Assembly: GCA_046732395.1 (NCBI GenBank) | Contig: JBKPNB010000156.1 | Location: 1-29,511, forward strand | Source of the DNA: Actinomycetota bacterium | Lineage (GTDB): Bacteria; Actinomycetota; Thermoleophilia; Solirubrobacterales; 70-9 | Reading direction: 5' to 3' | Length of the DNA stretch: 29,511 bases | Part shown: piece after piece, positions 8,237 through 16,464 of the stretch | Layout: each line of letters begins with the position of its first letter | How positions within the stretch are numbered: the first letter of the stretch is position 1 | Position numbers and translations under genes: made by a program | Notes under the pieces: generated by a model | The model's input: the letters and a program-made list of their open reading frames with translations, nothing else | What the model was told of the DNA's origin: nothing | The model's database searches: none

Positions 8237-9333
8237 GGGGTTGTGTCTCCTGTCGCCTCCGGTGTGGGGCGGATGGCCTGGCCGACGCCGTGGGCGCGCG
8301 CAAGTCCCCGGATCGCACCTGCGAGCAGGTCTGGATGCTCGGAGGTCGTCAGATGCCCACCCGGGAACGACTGGATGTCGACCCCGAGCGGCGCTAGCCG
8401 TTCGCGCGCGGCTGCGATCTGTCGGGGCTCGAAGGGGTCCTCTTCGCTGCCCGCGACGTGAAAGGCGACCGTGTCCCCGAGCTCGCGGGCGATCGCCGCG
8501 AGATCCCACCGCGCGGCGTTACGGCGATGCTCGTCGACGAACCCCGCGGCGCGATGCATGAATGCCGCGCCGCTGCGGCGGCGGATTGCGTCGCTCAGGT
8601 CGGCGAGCTCGGCCGCGCTCACCTCGTAGGACGGGGAGAAGAGCTTCGCGGCGCGGAGCGTCGCTTCCAGCACGCCCGGCACGTGCTGGCCGAACCACAT
8701 CGCCACCCCGCCGACCGGCGTCCGGAGCATCGGCGTTGTGTCCCACGGGTGCGAATGGCAATCCGCGAACAACCCACCGTTGACGATGAACACCGCGTCG
8801 ATCGTCGTATCCAGATGCTCGCCCGCGGCGTCGCGCTGTTGCTGGCGGCGCAGCAGCTCGAGCAGTGCCAGCGAGGAGTAGTCGAACGTGACGACCATCG
8901 TGCGGCGAATGCCGTGCGCCCGCCACTGCGCCTCGATGAGATCGGCCCGCTCCATCGACGAGTAGCGGTGGCGCGTGGGCTTGTCGGAGTCACCCTGGCC
9001 GAGATACTCGACGTACAGGCGCGGGCCGGGGCGGGGGCCCAGGTAGCGGTCGACCTGCGCGTAACCGTAGGAGCCGTCTGGATACCCCGGCAGCATCGTC
9101 AGCCACCGGGTGTCAGCGTCAACTGGCGGCGCCGCGACGACCTTCTCGAAGACGTGCAGTAGCTGCGAGGAACCCTCGCCGGCCGCTGTCTCGAGCATGG
9201 TCTTCGCGATCGGGTCATACGGCCGGCGGGCTCCGGAGGCGAACCACTCGGAGGCGGTCACGCGCTGGTCGTTTGCCTCGTCCGTCGCGGGGTCTTGCGG
9301 CGCTGTGGTTGTCTGGGTGGCGGTGCTGGCCAT
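8233..9333 (-). CDS. Alpha/beta hydrolase, MEST/epoxide-hydrolase-like (Asp nucleophile)
   Basis: LPGYPDGSY (HGFP-like oxyanion loop), EYLGQGDSDKP, TFDYS nucleophile elbow, NGGLF, GGHLTTSEHP catalytic His. AGAAAGG RBS. Confidence 0.88.
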   Translation of the reverse strand: MASTATQTTTAPQDPATDEANDQRVTASEWFASGARRPYDPIAKTMLETAAGEGSSQLLHVFEKVVAAPPVDADTRWLTMLPGYPDGSYGYAQVDRYLGPRPGPRLYVEYLGQGDSDKPTRHRYSSMERADLIEAQWRAHGIRRTMVVTFDYSSLALLELLRRQQQRDAAGEHLDTTIDAVFIVNGGLFADCHSHPWDTTPMLRTPVGGVAMWFGQHVPGVLEATLRAAKLFSPSYEVSAAELADLSDAIRRRSGAAFMHRAAGFVDEHRRNAARWDLAAIARELGDTVAFHVAGSEEDPFEPRQIAAARERLAPLGVDIQSFPGGHLTTSEHPDLLAGAIRGLARAHGVGQAIRPTPEATGDTTP

Positions 9334-9354
9334 GGGGGACCTTTCTGGTTGAGG

Positions 9355-9400
9355 TGTGGACGCTGTCCACTATACGGGATTATGTGGACGCTGTCCACTA
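9355..9400. promoter_or_regulatory. Two identical palindromic operators (probable TetR sites)
   Basis: TGTGGACGCTGTCCACTA occurs at 9355-9372 and 9383-9400. Each contains GTGGAC-N3-GTCCAC. They overlap the -10 and -35 of the leftward promoter. Confidence 0.8.
9369..9397 (-). promoter_or_regulatory. Sigma70-type promoter for the hydrolase / carbonic anhydrase unit
   Basis: Minus strand reads TGGACA-17 nt-TATAGT; each hexamer is 5/6 to the TTGACA / TATAAT consensus. Confidence 0.7.
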
Positions 9401-9404
9401 CACT
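9399..9404 (+). promoter_or_regulatory. Possible -10 box for a leaderless TetR mRNA
   Basis: TACACT (TAnnnT) lies 7 nt before the GTG at 9412. No RBS is visible. Confidence 0.4.
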
Positions 9405-9411
9405 TCTGTGA

Positions 9412-10068
9412 GTGCCATCACGCGACGAGACGACCGCCGGACACACGCAGGCGAGCGATCGTCCTGGGCGCCGGGGACCGCGGCGCCGCGGCGCTGTCCG
9501 GTCTGCACTCATCGGGGCCGGGGTCGAGCTCGCCCGATCGGGCGGCCCGGACGCGGTCGTGCTGCGCGAGGTGACGCGGATGGTCGGGGTCGTTCCCAAT
9601 GCCGCCTATCGGCATTTCGCCGACCGCGACGCGCTACTCGGGGCGGTCCGCGACGAGGCGGTCAGAGAGCTCGCTCACCACATGGCCAACGGGATGAGCC
9701 GGGTCCGCGCGGGAGCGCACACACCGACGGGCGCGCGGCTCCGTCTGCGGGCAGTCGGCAGGGCATATCTCGACTTCGCCCGCACAGAGCCCGGCCTCTT
9801 CGACATCGCATTCACGGCATCCGACCACCCGATCAGCGCGGCGAGCGATGAGCCACAACCATTGGAATATCTCCAGGCCGCGCTCGACAACCTCGTCCAG
9901 GCGGGAGTCATGGATCCGGCGCGCCGACCCAACATCGAGTATCCGACGTGGGCCACCGTCCACGGACTCGCGGCCCTCCTCCGGGGGCCTCTGCGCTCGC
10001 TGTCAGACCGCGAGAAGACGCGGCTCGAGACCCAGACGCTGGCCTTCATCTGGGCGTCCCTGAGCTGA
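9412..10068 (+). CDS. TetR/AcrR family regulator with WHG-type C-terminal domain
   Basis: HTH LREVTRMVGVVPNAAYRHFADRDALL; AYLDFARTEPGLF; WATVHGLAALL. Confidence 0.93.
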   Translation: MPSRDETTAGHTQASDRPGRRGPRRRGAVRSALIGAGVELARSGGPDAVVLREVTRMVGVVPNAAYRHFADRDALLGAVRDEAVRELAHHMANGMSRVRAGAHTPTGARLRLRAVGRAYLDFARTEPGLFDIAFTASDHPISAASDEPQPLEYLQAALDNLVQAGVMDPARRPNIEYPTWATVHGLAALLRGPLRSLSDREKTRLETQTLAFIWASLS

Positions 10069-10123
10069 GCACGGACCCGTGAGCCGGGGACTCGCGGTCG
10101 CGGTTATCCCGTTCCAAGCGGAG

Positions 10124-10158
10124 GTCGACTGACCGCCTGGCCTGACCGCTCAGTCGAC
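10124..10158. terminator. Inverted repeat downstream of tetR
   Basis: GTCGACTGA / TCAGTCGAC perfect 9-bp arms with a 17-nt loop. Confidence 0.35.
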
Positions 10159-10175
10159 GAGAATCGGCTACTCGG

Positions 10176-10305
10176 CTCCGCATCGCCAAGGCGGCGAGCG
10201 AGCGCTACGGCTGGCCGCTCCACGTGGTCGAGGGGGCCGGCGACGATGCGCCGCTCGAGCAGCCCGAGGCGTTCCCGGCGGCGCTCCGCGCCGCGGCCGG
10301 GGTGG
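10176..10305 (+). pseudogene. C-terminal fragment of an alpha/beta hydrolase
   Basis: LRIAKAASERYGWPLHVVEGAGDDAPLEQPEAF resembles the C-terminus of actinobacterial alpha/beta hydrolases. The rest of the gene is absent. Confidence 0.6.
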
Positions 10306-10325
10306 TTTGCGGGAGGACGCTCGCG

Positions 10326-10560
10326 AACTATCGGCTCGCCTACGCGCTCGGGTTCCACCCGTGGGAGGACCTGGCGGATCACCCGCCCTTCACCGACACC
10401 CTCCTCGGGCTCGTCGCCGGCGAAGAGGACGGACGCGAGCCGCCGTTCGGTAGGGCCCTCGACATCGGCACCGGCAGCGCGTTTGGGCCACTCGGCTGGC
10501 GGAGCGCGGCTGGGAGGTGACCGGCATCGACGTCGTCGAAAAGGCGCTCAGCCGCGCCGG
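10326..10560 (+). pseudogene. N-terminal fragment of a class I SAM-dependent methyltransferase
   Basis: NYRLAYALGFHPWEDL...GRALDIGTGSA (motif I), one-base deletion near 10483, then VWATRLAERGWEVTGIDVVEKALSRA (motif II). No C-terminal half. Confidence 0.75.
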
Positions 10561-10567
10561 CGCCGGG

Positions 10568-10696
10568 CTCGAGGAGCTGCTCACGGCGTTCGACCGCGAC
10601 CAGCGCGAGGCGGCGACCGCCCCGCCCGGACCGCTGCTCGTCGTGGCTGGCGCCGGGGGCGGGAAATTTGAGGTCGTGCGTCCAGCGAAGACTTGA
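10568..10696 (+). pseudogene. N-terminal fragment of a UvrD/PcrA-type SF1 helicase
   Basis: LLTAFDRDQREAATAPPGPLLVVAGAGGGK resembles the Q-motif plus Walker A (LnxxQxxA...GPLLVxAGAGSGKT). Stop follows about 10 codons later. Confidence 0.6.
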
Positions 10697-10825
10697 CTTT
10701 CATGCGTCGTCCCAAGCGGGCGTCGGCGTGGGCGCGAAATGCGCTCTCGCTTCGTCGAAAGGACGGGGGGGTCATGCTCCCCATGGTTCGTGCTGTGACG
10801 AGGTCGAGCGGGAACGCCGGTGGGG

Positions 10826-11632
10826 TCAGGAGCGCTGGCGCAGCAGGAAGTCGAGCGTCGCGCGGTTGAAGGTCTCGGGGTCCTCGTGCAGCTCGGCGTG
10901 CGACAGGTGGTCGAGGACCGCCATCTCGCTCCCGCCGATCCCGCTCTTTAGCGGCTCGGCGGAGCGCGCGCCGCAGACGAGGTCGCGCGCTCCGAAGGTG
11001 ATCTGTGTCGGAACGTCGATCTCGCGCAGCGCCGCGCTCGCGTCGTGAGCCAGGACCGCGTCGGTCTGGGCGAGGAACGCCTCCACGGGCTGCGCGGGGC
11101 GGCCACGCACGAAGTCCACTAGCGTGTCGACGGACTCCGGCCGGTCGACGTACATCTCGGGCGTGAAGCACCACGGGAAGATGCCCTGGATCACGACGTC
11201 CGCTACGGTCGGCAGCGCGGACGCGAGCGTGCGCCACTGCTCGACGACGATCTTCAGATAGTCGTCGGTGGCGTGCCAGCCGCTGTGCAACGAGAGCGAG
11301 CGCACGCGGCCCGGATGGCGGGCGGCCAGGTGGATGCCCACGGCGGCACCGAGCGACATGCCCGCCACGTGGGCCCGCTCGATCCCGATCGCGCCGAGGA
11401 AGGCGGCGATCTGGTCCGCATAGCCGTCGGTCGAGTACGGCCCGGCCGGCTTGTCGCTCTCGCCCGAACCGGGAAGGTCGATCGCGATGCAGCTGAAGTG
11501 CTCGGTGTAGGCCGGGAGCTGGAACGCGTAGCAGGCGTGGTCGGCGGCCGTGTACGGGATCAGCAGCAGCGGCTCGCCCTCGCCCTGGACGTCGTAGTTG
11601 ATCGTGAGCCCGTTCACCTCGGCCTGTGGCAT
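10826..11632 (-). CDS. Alpha/beta hydrolase (enol-lactonase/esterase-like)
   Basis: YDVQGEGEPLLLI, DLPGSGESDKP, GMSLG nucleophile elbow, LSHAELHEDP. AGGAGG RBS upstream of the ATG at 11632. Confidence 0.92.
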   Translation of the reverse strand: MPQAEVNGLTINYDVQGEGEPLLLIPYTAADHACYAFQLPAYTEHFSCIAIDLPGSGESDKPAGPYSTDGYADQIAAFLGAIGIERAHVAGMSLGAAVGIHLAARHPGRVRSLSLHSGWHATDDYLKIVVEQWRTLASALPTVADVVIQGIFPWCFTPEMYVDRPESVDTLVDFVRGRPAQPVEAFLAQTDAVLAHDASAALREIDVPTQITFGARDLVCGARSAEPLKSGIGGSEMAVLDHLSHAELHEDPETFNRATLDFLLRQRS

Positions 11633-12024
11633 CCTCGCTCCCTCCTGGCTTCTTGACCGGCGGGACGCCGGCGGTTGGCGGGCATCTTGACCTCCCTCGA
11701 TCGACTGGGCGGAGGCCATGCGATTCGCAACCGAGGACGAGACCCGCGGCCCGGCCCCCGTCCATGGGATAGGGCGACTCTAATGTCCTTGTGCCCGTTG
11801 GCGCAAGGATGCGGCGAGCCGCACCTGCTTACCGATCACGTCGGCGCCCCTCACGCCCGGGCAAGGCGATGGGGGTCCGCCTATGCGACGAGCTCGACGG
11901 CGCCCGCGAGTCCCGCGCGCCGCCGCATCAACGGAAACTCCGGAAGCCGGGGAGAGGGAGCTTGCGGAAGTGCGCGCCTCTGCCGTCTATCGCAGTAGTC
12001 GTGCGAGTGTGGTCAGGCGCCTCG

Positions 12025-13056
12025 TCAGCAGCTATCGAGAGCCTCACCGTTGACGCAGGTGTCCATGCCGGAACCCCCAAACAGGCTGTCGAAGTCCTTT
12101 CCGCCGTCGAGAAAGTCGTTCCCGGCCCGCCCGAGGAGGTCGTCATTTCCGCGCCGCCCGCGGAGTCGGTTCGGGAGATCGTCGCCGATCAGCGAATCGT
12201 TGAAGCGCGAGCCGACTAGGTTCTCGATCCCCGTAAGGGTGTCCGAGCCCGCGCCGGTGGCCGTTCCATCGCGAAGGCTCGCGGTGACCGAGCCGAAGGT
12301 GCGCTTGAAGTACGCGGTGTCCTCGCCCGAGCCACCGAAGAAAACGTTGTTGCTGACGCTGCCGAAGAGCCTGTCGTTGTCCTCCCCGGCGTTCAGGGTC
12401 ATGCCGCCGGTCCCGGCGCGAAGCTTGTCGTTTCCCTGAAAGCCGAACAGCTCGGTGAAGATCTCGAAGTCGCCCCCCGTGCCGAAGCCGCCGCTGGCGT
12501 CGAGCACATCCTTTGCCGCGCCGCCGTCGAACTGCACGGCTTCAACCTCGTTCACGGTCACGTCCGGGTCCCGCACGGCCTCGGCGCCGTTCAGGTTGAT
12601 CCCGAGGGTCCCGAAGCCGATTCTGTTGGCCGTGCCGGTGCCCTCGATGAAAAGCTGATCGGAGTCGATGCCGAGGTCGACGCTGAACTCGATCTCGCTC
12701 GACCCATCACCCTCGTCGGTGGCGCCCGGCGCGAAGGGCGCTGCGAAGGTGTCGATCTCGAGCGCGTCGCTCGCCCCGGATCCCGACACCGTGATCGTGT
12801 CGGTGTTCGTCGTCGTCGCGGTGGCGCAGGCCCCGGGCAGGACAGCGAACTGGTCCTGGATTTGGCCGGTCGCCGGATCGACGCCCAACTGGCCGAACCC
12901 GTTCAGGCCGAGGCTCAGGTTGCCGTTGACGAAGCTCGTGCAGCTGACCGCCGCGCTTGCTGGGGCGGCGAGCAGGAGCGAAATCACGAGCGCCGATCCA
13001 ATCGCGAGCGCCGTAGCGACGAGCGTTTGGGGTCGCGTGAGGGATGTCGTATGCAT
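12025..13056 (-). CDS. Secreted calcium-binding protein with RTX/hemolysin-type GGxGxD repeats
   Basis: Sec signal ending APASAA. Nonapeptide repeats such as FFGGSGEDT, LRGRRGNDD, LLGRAGNDF, LDGGKDFDS, LFGGSGMDT. GGGAGG RBS. Confidence 0.88.
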   Translation of the reverse strand: MHTTSLTRPQTLVATALAIGSALVISLLLAAPASAAVSCTSFVNGNLSLGLNGFGQLGVDPATGQIQDQFAVLPGACATATTTNTDTITVSGSGASDALEIDTFAAPFAPGATDEGDGSSEIEFSVDLGIDSDQLFIEGTGTANRIGFGTLGINLNGAEAVRDPDVTVNEVEAVQFDGGAAKDVLDASGGFGTGGDFEIFTELFGFQGNDKLRAGTGGMTLNAGEDNDRLFGSVSNNVFFGGSGEDTAYFKRTFGSVTASLRDGTATGAGSDTLTGIENLVGSRFNDSLIGDDLPNRLRGRRGNDDLLGRAGNDFLDGGKDFDSLFGGSGMDTCVNGEALDSC

Positions 13057-13723
13057 CGAAAGTCCTCCCGGTGGACGAGAGCCAGGTGCCACAAGTATCC
13101 CCTCGCGCCCCTCGAAGTGCAAGGCACTGCCCGGGAAACGAGGCTGCTACGAGCGCTCGACCGGGGCAACCTAGCGCTCGCGGAGCTGACCGCAAGGGAG
13201 TGCGGACACCTGGACCTCGGGGATTCGCTCCGCCCTTTCTTCTGATGCGGCGAGTAGTGCGGACTGATCCCGAGTTCTCCCCACGCTCAGGCGATCACGC
13301 GAGACTTACGACGCAAGCCGCCGTGGCCGGTGGCTTCCGTTTACTGGTGACCGGCCTCGAGCGCGCCGGGTGGGAGAGCCGGGGGCACGTGTCGGTACGG
13401 GGTTGGTGAATGTCGAGGCCTCGCCGCGCGCACACGGCGCCTGCTCGTCCGAGCTTCGCCATCTCGGCGCCCCCTTTTTCGAGCGACGCGGCACGCGCTC
13501 GCGCAGCTGCCCAAGTCCGCTCGCAGGCGACCGGCCACTACCTCAGCGAGCGGCAGGGCCGGTTGCTCTCGTATTGGTGTTGATCGAGACGTAGACGGCG
13601 CGCGATAATCGCGGTGGAGCGGGAGCAAGGTGATTCGCCGCAGCACCCACGCGTCCAGCACCCCCTGTCGGCGTAACCGAAAACCATTCCCCGGGGGCGC
13701 GTCCGGCTGAAACCGCGGCGAGG

Positions 13724-14131
13724 TCAGGCCCAGATCTCGTCGAAGCGATACTGGTCGTAGGGAAGCACCCAGCACTCCGCGATCTTGCCGTCAACGATGC
13801 GAAAGACGCCGGCGGTTTCCCACTCGAAGGTGTTGCCGTCGCGTTCCACCTGGCCGCCGGCGAAGATCACCGCTCGCTCATCGTCCGCAAGCACCCCGCG
13901 CACGGCGATCCGAAACGTGGCGTTCGCGAGCTCGCGTCTTGCGGCGAAGTAGCGCAGGACTTCGTCGCGGCCCCGGTAGTGGCCGGCGATCGCACTGCGA
14001 CCAGGTACGTGCCAGGCGACATCCTCGGCGAGCATGGCGCGCGCCGGTCCCTGCTCGCCTCCAGCGTAGAACCGATTCTGGCGGTCGTGAAAGTCGCGAA
14101 TCAGGCTCGAGTTCGGATGCTCCTCGGACAT
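13724..14131 (-). CDS. NTF2/SnoaL-like protein
   Basis: MLAEDVAWHVPGRSAIAGHYRGRDEVLRYF...VFRIVDGKIAECW...DQYRFDEIW. Confidence 0.88.
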   Translation of the reverse strand: MSEEHPNSSLIRDFHDRQNRFYAGGEQGPARAMLAEDVAWHVPGRSAIAGHYRGRDEVLRYFAARRELANATFRIAVRGVLADDERAVIFAGGQVERDGNTFEWETAGVFRIVDGKIAECWVLPYDQYRFDEIWA

Positions 14132-14187
14132 CGCTTCGGGGCGTCGGCGCCGCCGATCCAGCCGGTCCCCGGCCCTCGGTGCCTCCC

Positions 14188-14625
14188 CTAGCCTTCGGAT
14201 CGCATCGCCTCGGCGGGGATCGCACCGATGTCCCTCATGAACGTGAGCGTGTCCCACTGCCCCCAGGCCTCGGCGATCTTGCCGTCGTCGTCGAAGCGAT
14301 CGATTCCGATGCCGTTGACCGGGTCGCCTCTCTCGCCGGTCGGCTGCTGGCCCATGAACTCGTTCTCGAACGTCCCTCGGCCGCACCAGCGTGTGACTAC
14401 CTTGTCGCCGGCGGCGAAGATGTCCTCGATCGTGAACGAGAGGTCCGGAAACGCCCCGCGGTAGGCCTCGATCGCCCTCTTTACGCCGCCGAGGTTCTGG
14501 TCGCCCATGATTGGGTCGTGGCTGACGAAGCCCTCGGCGCAGACCTCATTCAGCACCTCGAGCCTCCCCTCGCCGAACGCCTCCTCGATAACCCGGCGCG
14601 ACGCGTCGATGTTCGCCTGAGCCAT
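14188..14625 (-). CDS. SnoaL-like ester cyclase family protein
   Basis: YRGAFPDLSFTIEDIFAAGDKVVTRW.G.GT....FMG..PTG...GIGIDRF.DGKIAEAWGQWD. AGGAGG RBS. Confidence 0.92.
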   Translation of the reverse strand: MAQANIDASRRVIEEAFGEGRLEVLNEVCAEGFVSHDPIMGDQNLGGVKRAIEAYRGAFPDLSFTIEDIFAAGDKVVTRWCGRGTFENEFMGQQPTGERGDPVNGIGIDRFDDDGKIAEAWGQWDTLTFMRDIGAIPAEAMRSEG

Positions 14626-14732
14626 TGAAACCTCCTGTTATCGCTCGTTGCGACCCTAAGTCCTCGGCGGACGACCTGCAAGGGGACCGCCCCGCTCCGA
14701 TTGAGTCGGTAGCTCCGGCGGCGAGGGTTTCG

Positions 14733-16223
14733 TCAGAGGGCGGCCACGACATCGGCGGCGTTGAGAAGGTCTGTGGTGGCGAACGATCCGGCTGGCCCGT
14801 ACGTGGGGGTCCAGTCGGGCTCTTGGCGCAGATAGGACTGCCCATCCCCCCGGATCAGCCCGATCATGACCTCGGCGACGATCCGACCCCCGACGGGGCC
14901 GAGGCCCTCGCCGTTTTGTGTGACCTCTGCCTCCCGGAGCACGTAGAACCAAAGCGGCGTGCGCGTGTCGAGGTGGAAGGGCTTGAGGTCGTCGAGGTCA
15001 GCCGGTGCCAGAACGGGCACCTTCATGGCGTGGGCCACGCGCTGACCTGAGGGAACCTTCATGGTGAGGTTACGCAACAGGTTGCGGGATGCGAGCGAGA
15101 TGGGCTCGTCCTGCGGCTGGCCCATCAGGTCGAACAGGGGCGTCGACAGCTTGGTGTCGATCCTCTTGTTTTGTCGCACCCTGCCATCGTCGAAGTCGAA
15201 AAAGGTCTGCCAGTCGATGAACCGTCGGGACGCTCGTTTTCCTCCTCGCAGGTCGGCCGGATCGTTCGGGTCGGCGGCGGCCGGATCGAAGATGAGGGCG
15301 AAGAACTGATGCGCCGGGTCGCTGACGCTCGTGCCGAAGTTGGCTCGGTAGCTCGGTCGCACCTGCGAGTGGCCGAAGCGATAGGCGGCGACCGAAAACT
15401 CGACCGGGATGTAGGGGTGATTGCGCCACCTGAAGTGCCTGGGTCCGTTGCTCAGCACGTCGTCGACGAGCTGGCCGCCCACCGTTCTGACCAGGAACTC
15501 GTGGATGACGAGCCACTGGTAGTGCCAGCGGACCACCCGCTGCGCCTCGGCGAAGATCTCTCCGGGCGTGTATCCGGGGCCCAACTCGGCGCTGACGTCG
15601 GCAACCACCTTGTTGTGGAAGCGAAGCAGCGCAAGGTGCAACTGAGAGACAATCAGGTTCTCGTCGTTCCGTGGGTCGCCGACGAGGGCGGTCTTCTGAG
15701 CGTTGCGCGGGACGTCGAACCGGGTCTTGTTGCCGACCGACACGGCCGCCGATCCCGGTATCTCCTCGGTCAGCAGCGTGGTCCGTCCCCCGTCGATCGT
15801 CGAGTCGTAGAGGTGAGGCGAGGCGACCGGACCGCCTCCGTAGACGCTGTCGAGGTCGAGAGCGGGGATACGGAAGTTCCGGATCGACTCCGGGTCCTGC
15901 TGACGAGCGAGACTCGACGTCGGATCAAAGGTCATGTCGTGGTCGAGGAACTGGCCCAAGAAGGTGAAACCCGCGGTGATCGCGGGATTGTCCGGATTGT
16001 TGGCGCTCTTCGCCGGGTCGGTGATCAAGGTGATCGGGTCGGACAGATCGTCGGCCGGATCCATTGGGCCGCCCTTCTCCCCGAGCTCCAAGAGCGCATC
16101 GCGGATCAACGGCGTGTCGGCGGCGAACGGCGGGAGGGTCGGGAACAGCCGCCCGAATCGGCCCTGATCGTAGAAGACCGACTGGGGAGTTGATTCGCCC
16201 AGCTGGGCATGACCGTGCGGCAT
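14733..16223 (-). CDS. Heme peroxidase, peroxidase-cyclooxygenase (animal-type) superfamily
   Basis: Distal GQFLDHDMTFD, LDLDSVYG, GDPRNDEN, proximal AAYRFGHSQVR, TPLWFYVLREAE, LGPVGGRIVAEV. Confidence 0.93.
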   Translation of the reverse strand: MPHGHAQLGESTPQSVFYDQGRFGRLFPTLPPFAADTPLIRDALLELGEKGGPMDPADDLSDPITLITDPAKSANNPDNPAITAGFTFLGQFLDHDMTFDPTSSLARQQDPESIRNFRIPALDLDSVYGGGPVASPHLYDSTIDGGRTTLLTEEIPGSAAVSVGNKTRFDVPRNAQKTALVGDPRNDENLIVSQLHLALLRFHNKVVADVSAELGPGYTPGEIFAEAQRVVRWHYQWLVIHEFLVRTVGGQLVDDVLSNGPRHFRWRNHPYIPVEFSVAAYRFGHSQVRPSYRANFGTSVSDPAHQFFALIFDPAAADPNDPADLRGGKRASRRFIDWQTFFDFDDGRVRQNKRIDTKLSTPLFDLMGQPQDEPISLASRNLLRNLTMKVPSGQRVAHAMKVPVLAPADLDDLKPFHLDTRTPLWFYVLREAEVTQNGEGLGPVGGRIVAEVMIGLIRGDGQSYLRQEPDWTPTYGPAGSFATTDLLNAADVVAAL

Positions 16224-16464
16224 GACCGTGGCACCTTCCGTTGCGGCCTAAGAGCCTTCGCCTTATACCGCATGCGCGCCACCCACGAGCGGCGGCGGAC
16301 TTCCCGCCCGTGCGATGCCCCCGCGGCGATGGCTTCGCGCAGGGCGACCTCTCGGGGCGCGAGCTCGGCGACTCGCGCAGGCGTGGTTGATCCGTCACGC
16401 AAGGCGTATTCTTTGCGCAGAGCCTGACGGCGACCACCGCCCTGAGCCCGGTAAGGAGTTGCGC

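Noticed and set aside
9355-9400. Direct repeat as a possible mini-CRISPR
   Set aside because: Only two 18-bp copies with a 10-bp gap, no cas genes, and a position that fits operators.
10581-11765. Long alternative-frame ORFs (for example 10581-11765, 17565-18197 portion, 20657-21826, 21369-22628, 5445-6572)
   Set aside because: They overlap well-supported genes and have low-complexity Arg/Gly/Ala/Pro composition typical of high-GC shadow frames.
11633-12024. Short ORFs between the hydrolase and the RTX gene
   Set aside because: Arg/Pro/Ala-rich translations typical of non-coding high-GC frames; no motif.
13130-13723. 600-bp intergenic region as a riboswitch or sRNA
   Set aside because: Hairpins are present (for example CGAGCGCT...AGCGCTCG) but are expected at this GC content. 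I could not match any riboswitch consensus by eye; a cmscan would settle it.
16206-16230. GGCATGACCGTG duplicated at 13-bp period at the peroxidase start
   Set aside because: Two short copies only. It creates an out-of-frame second ATG, but there is no evidence of function.
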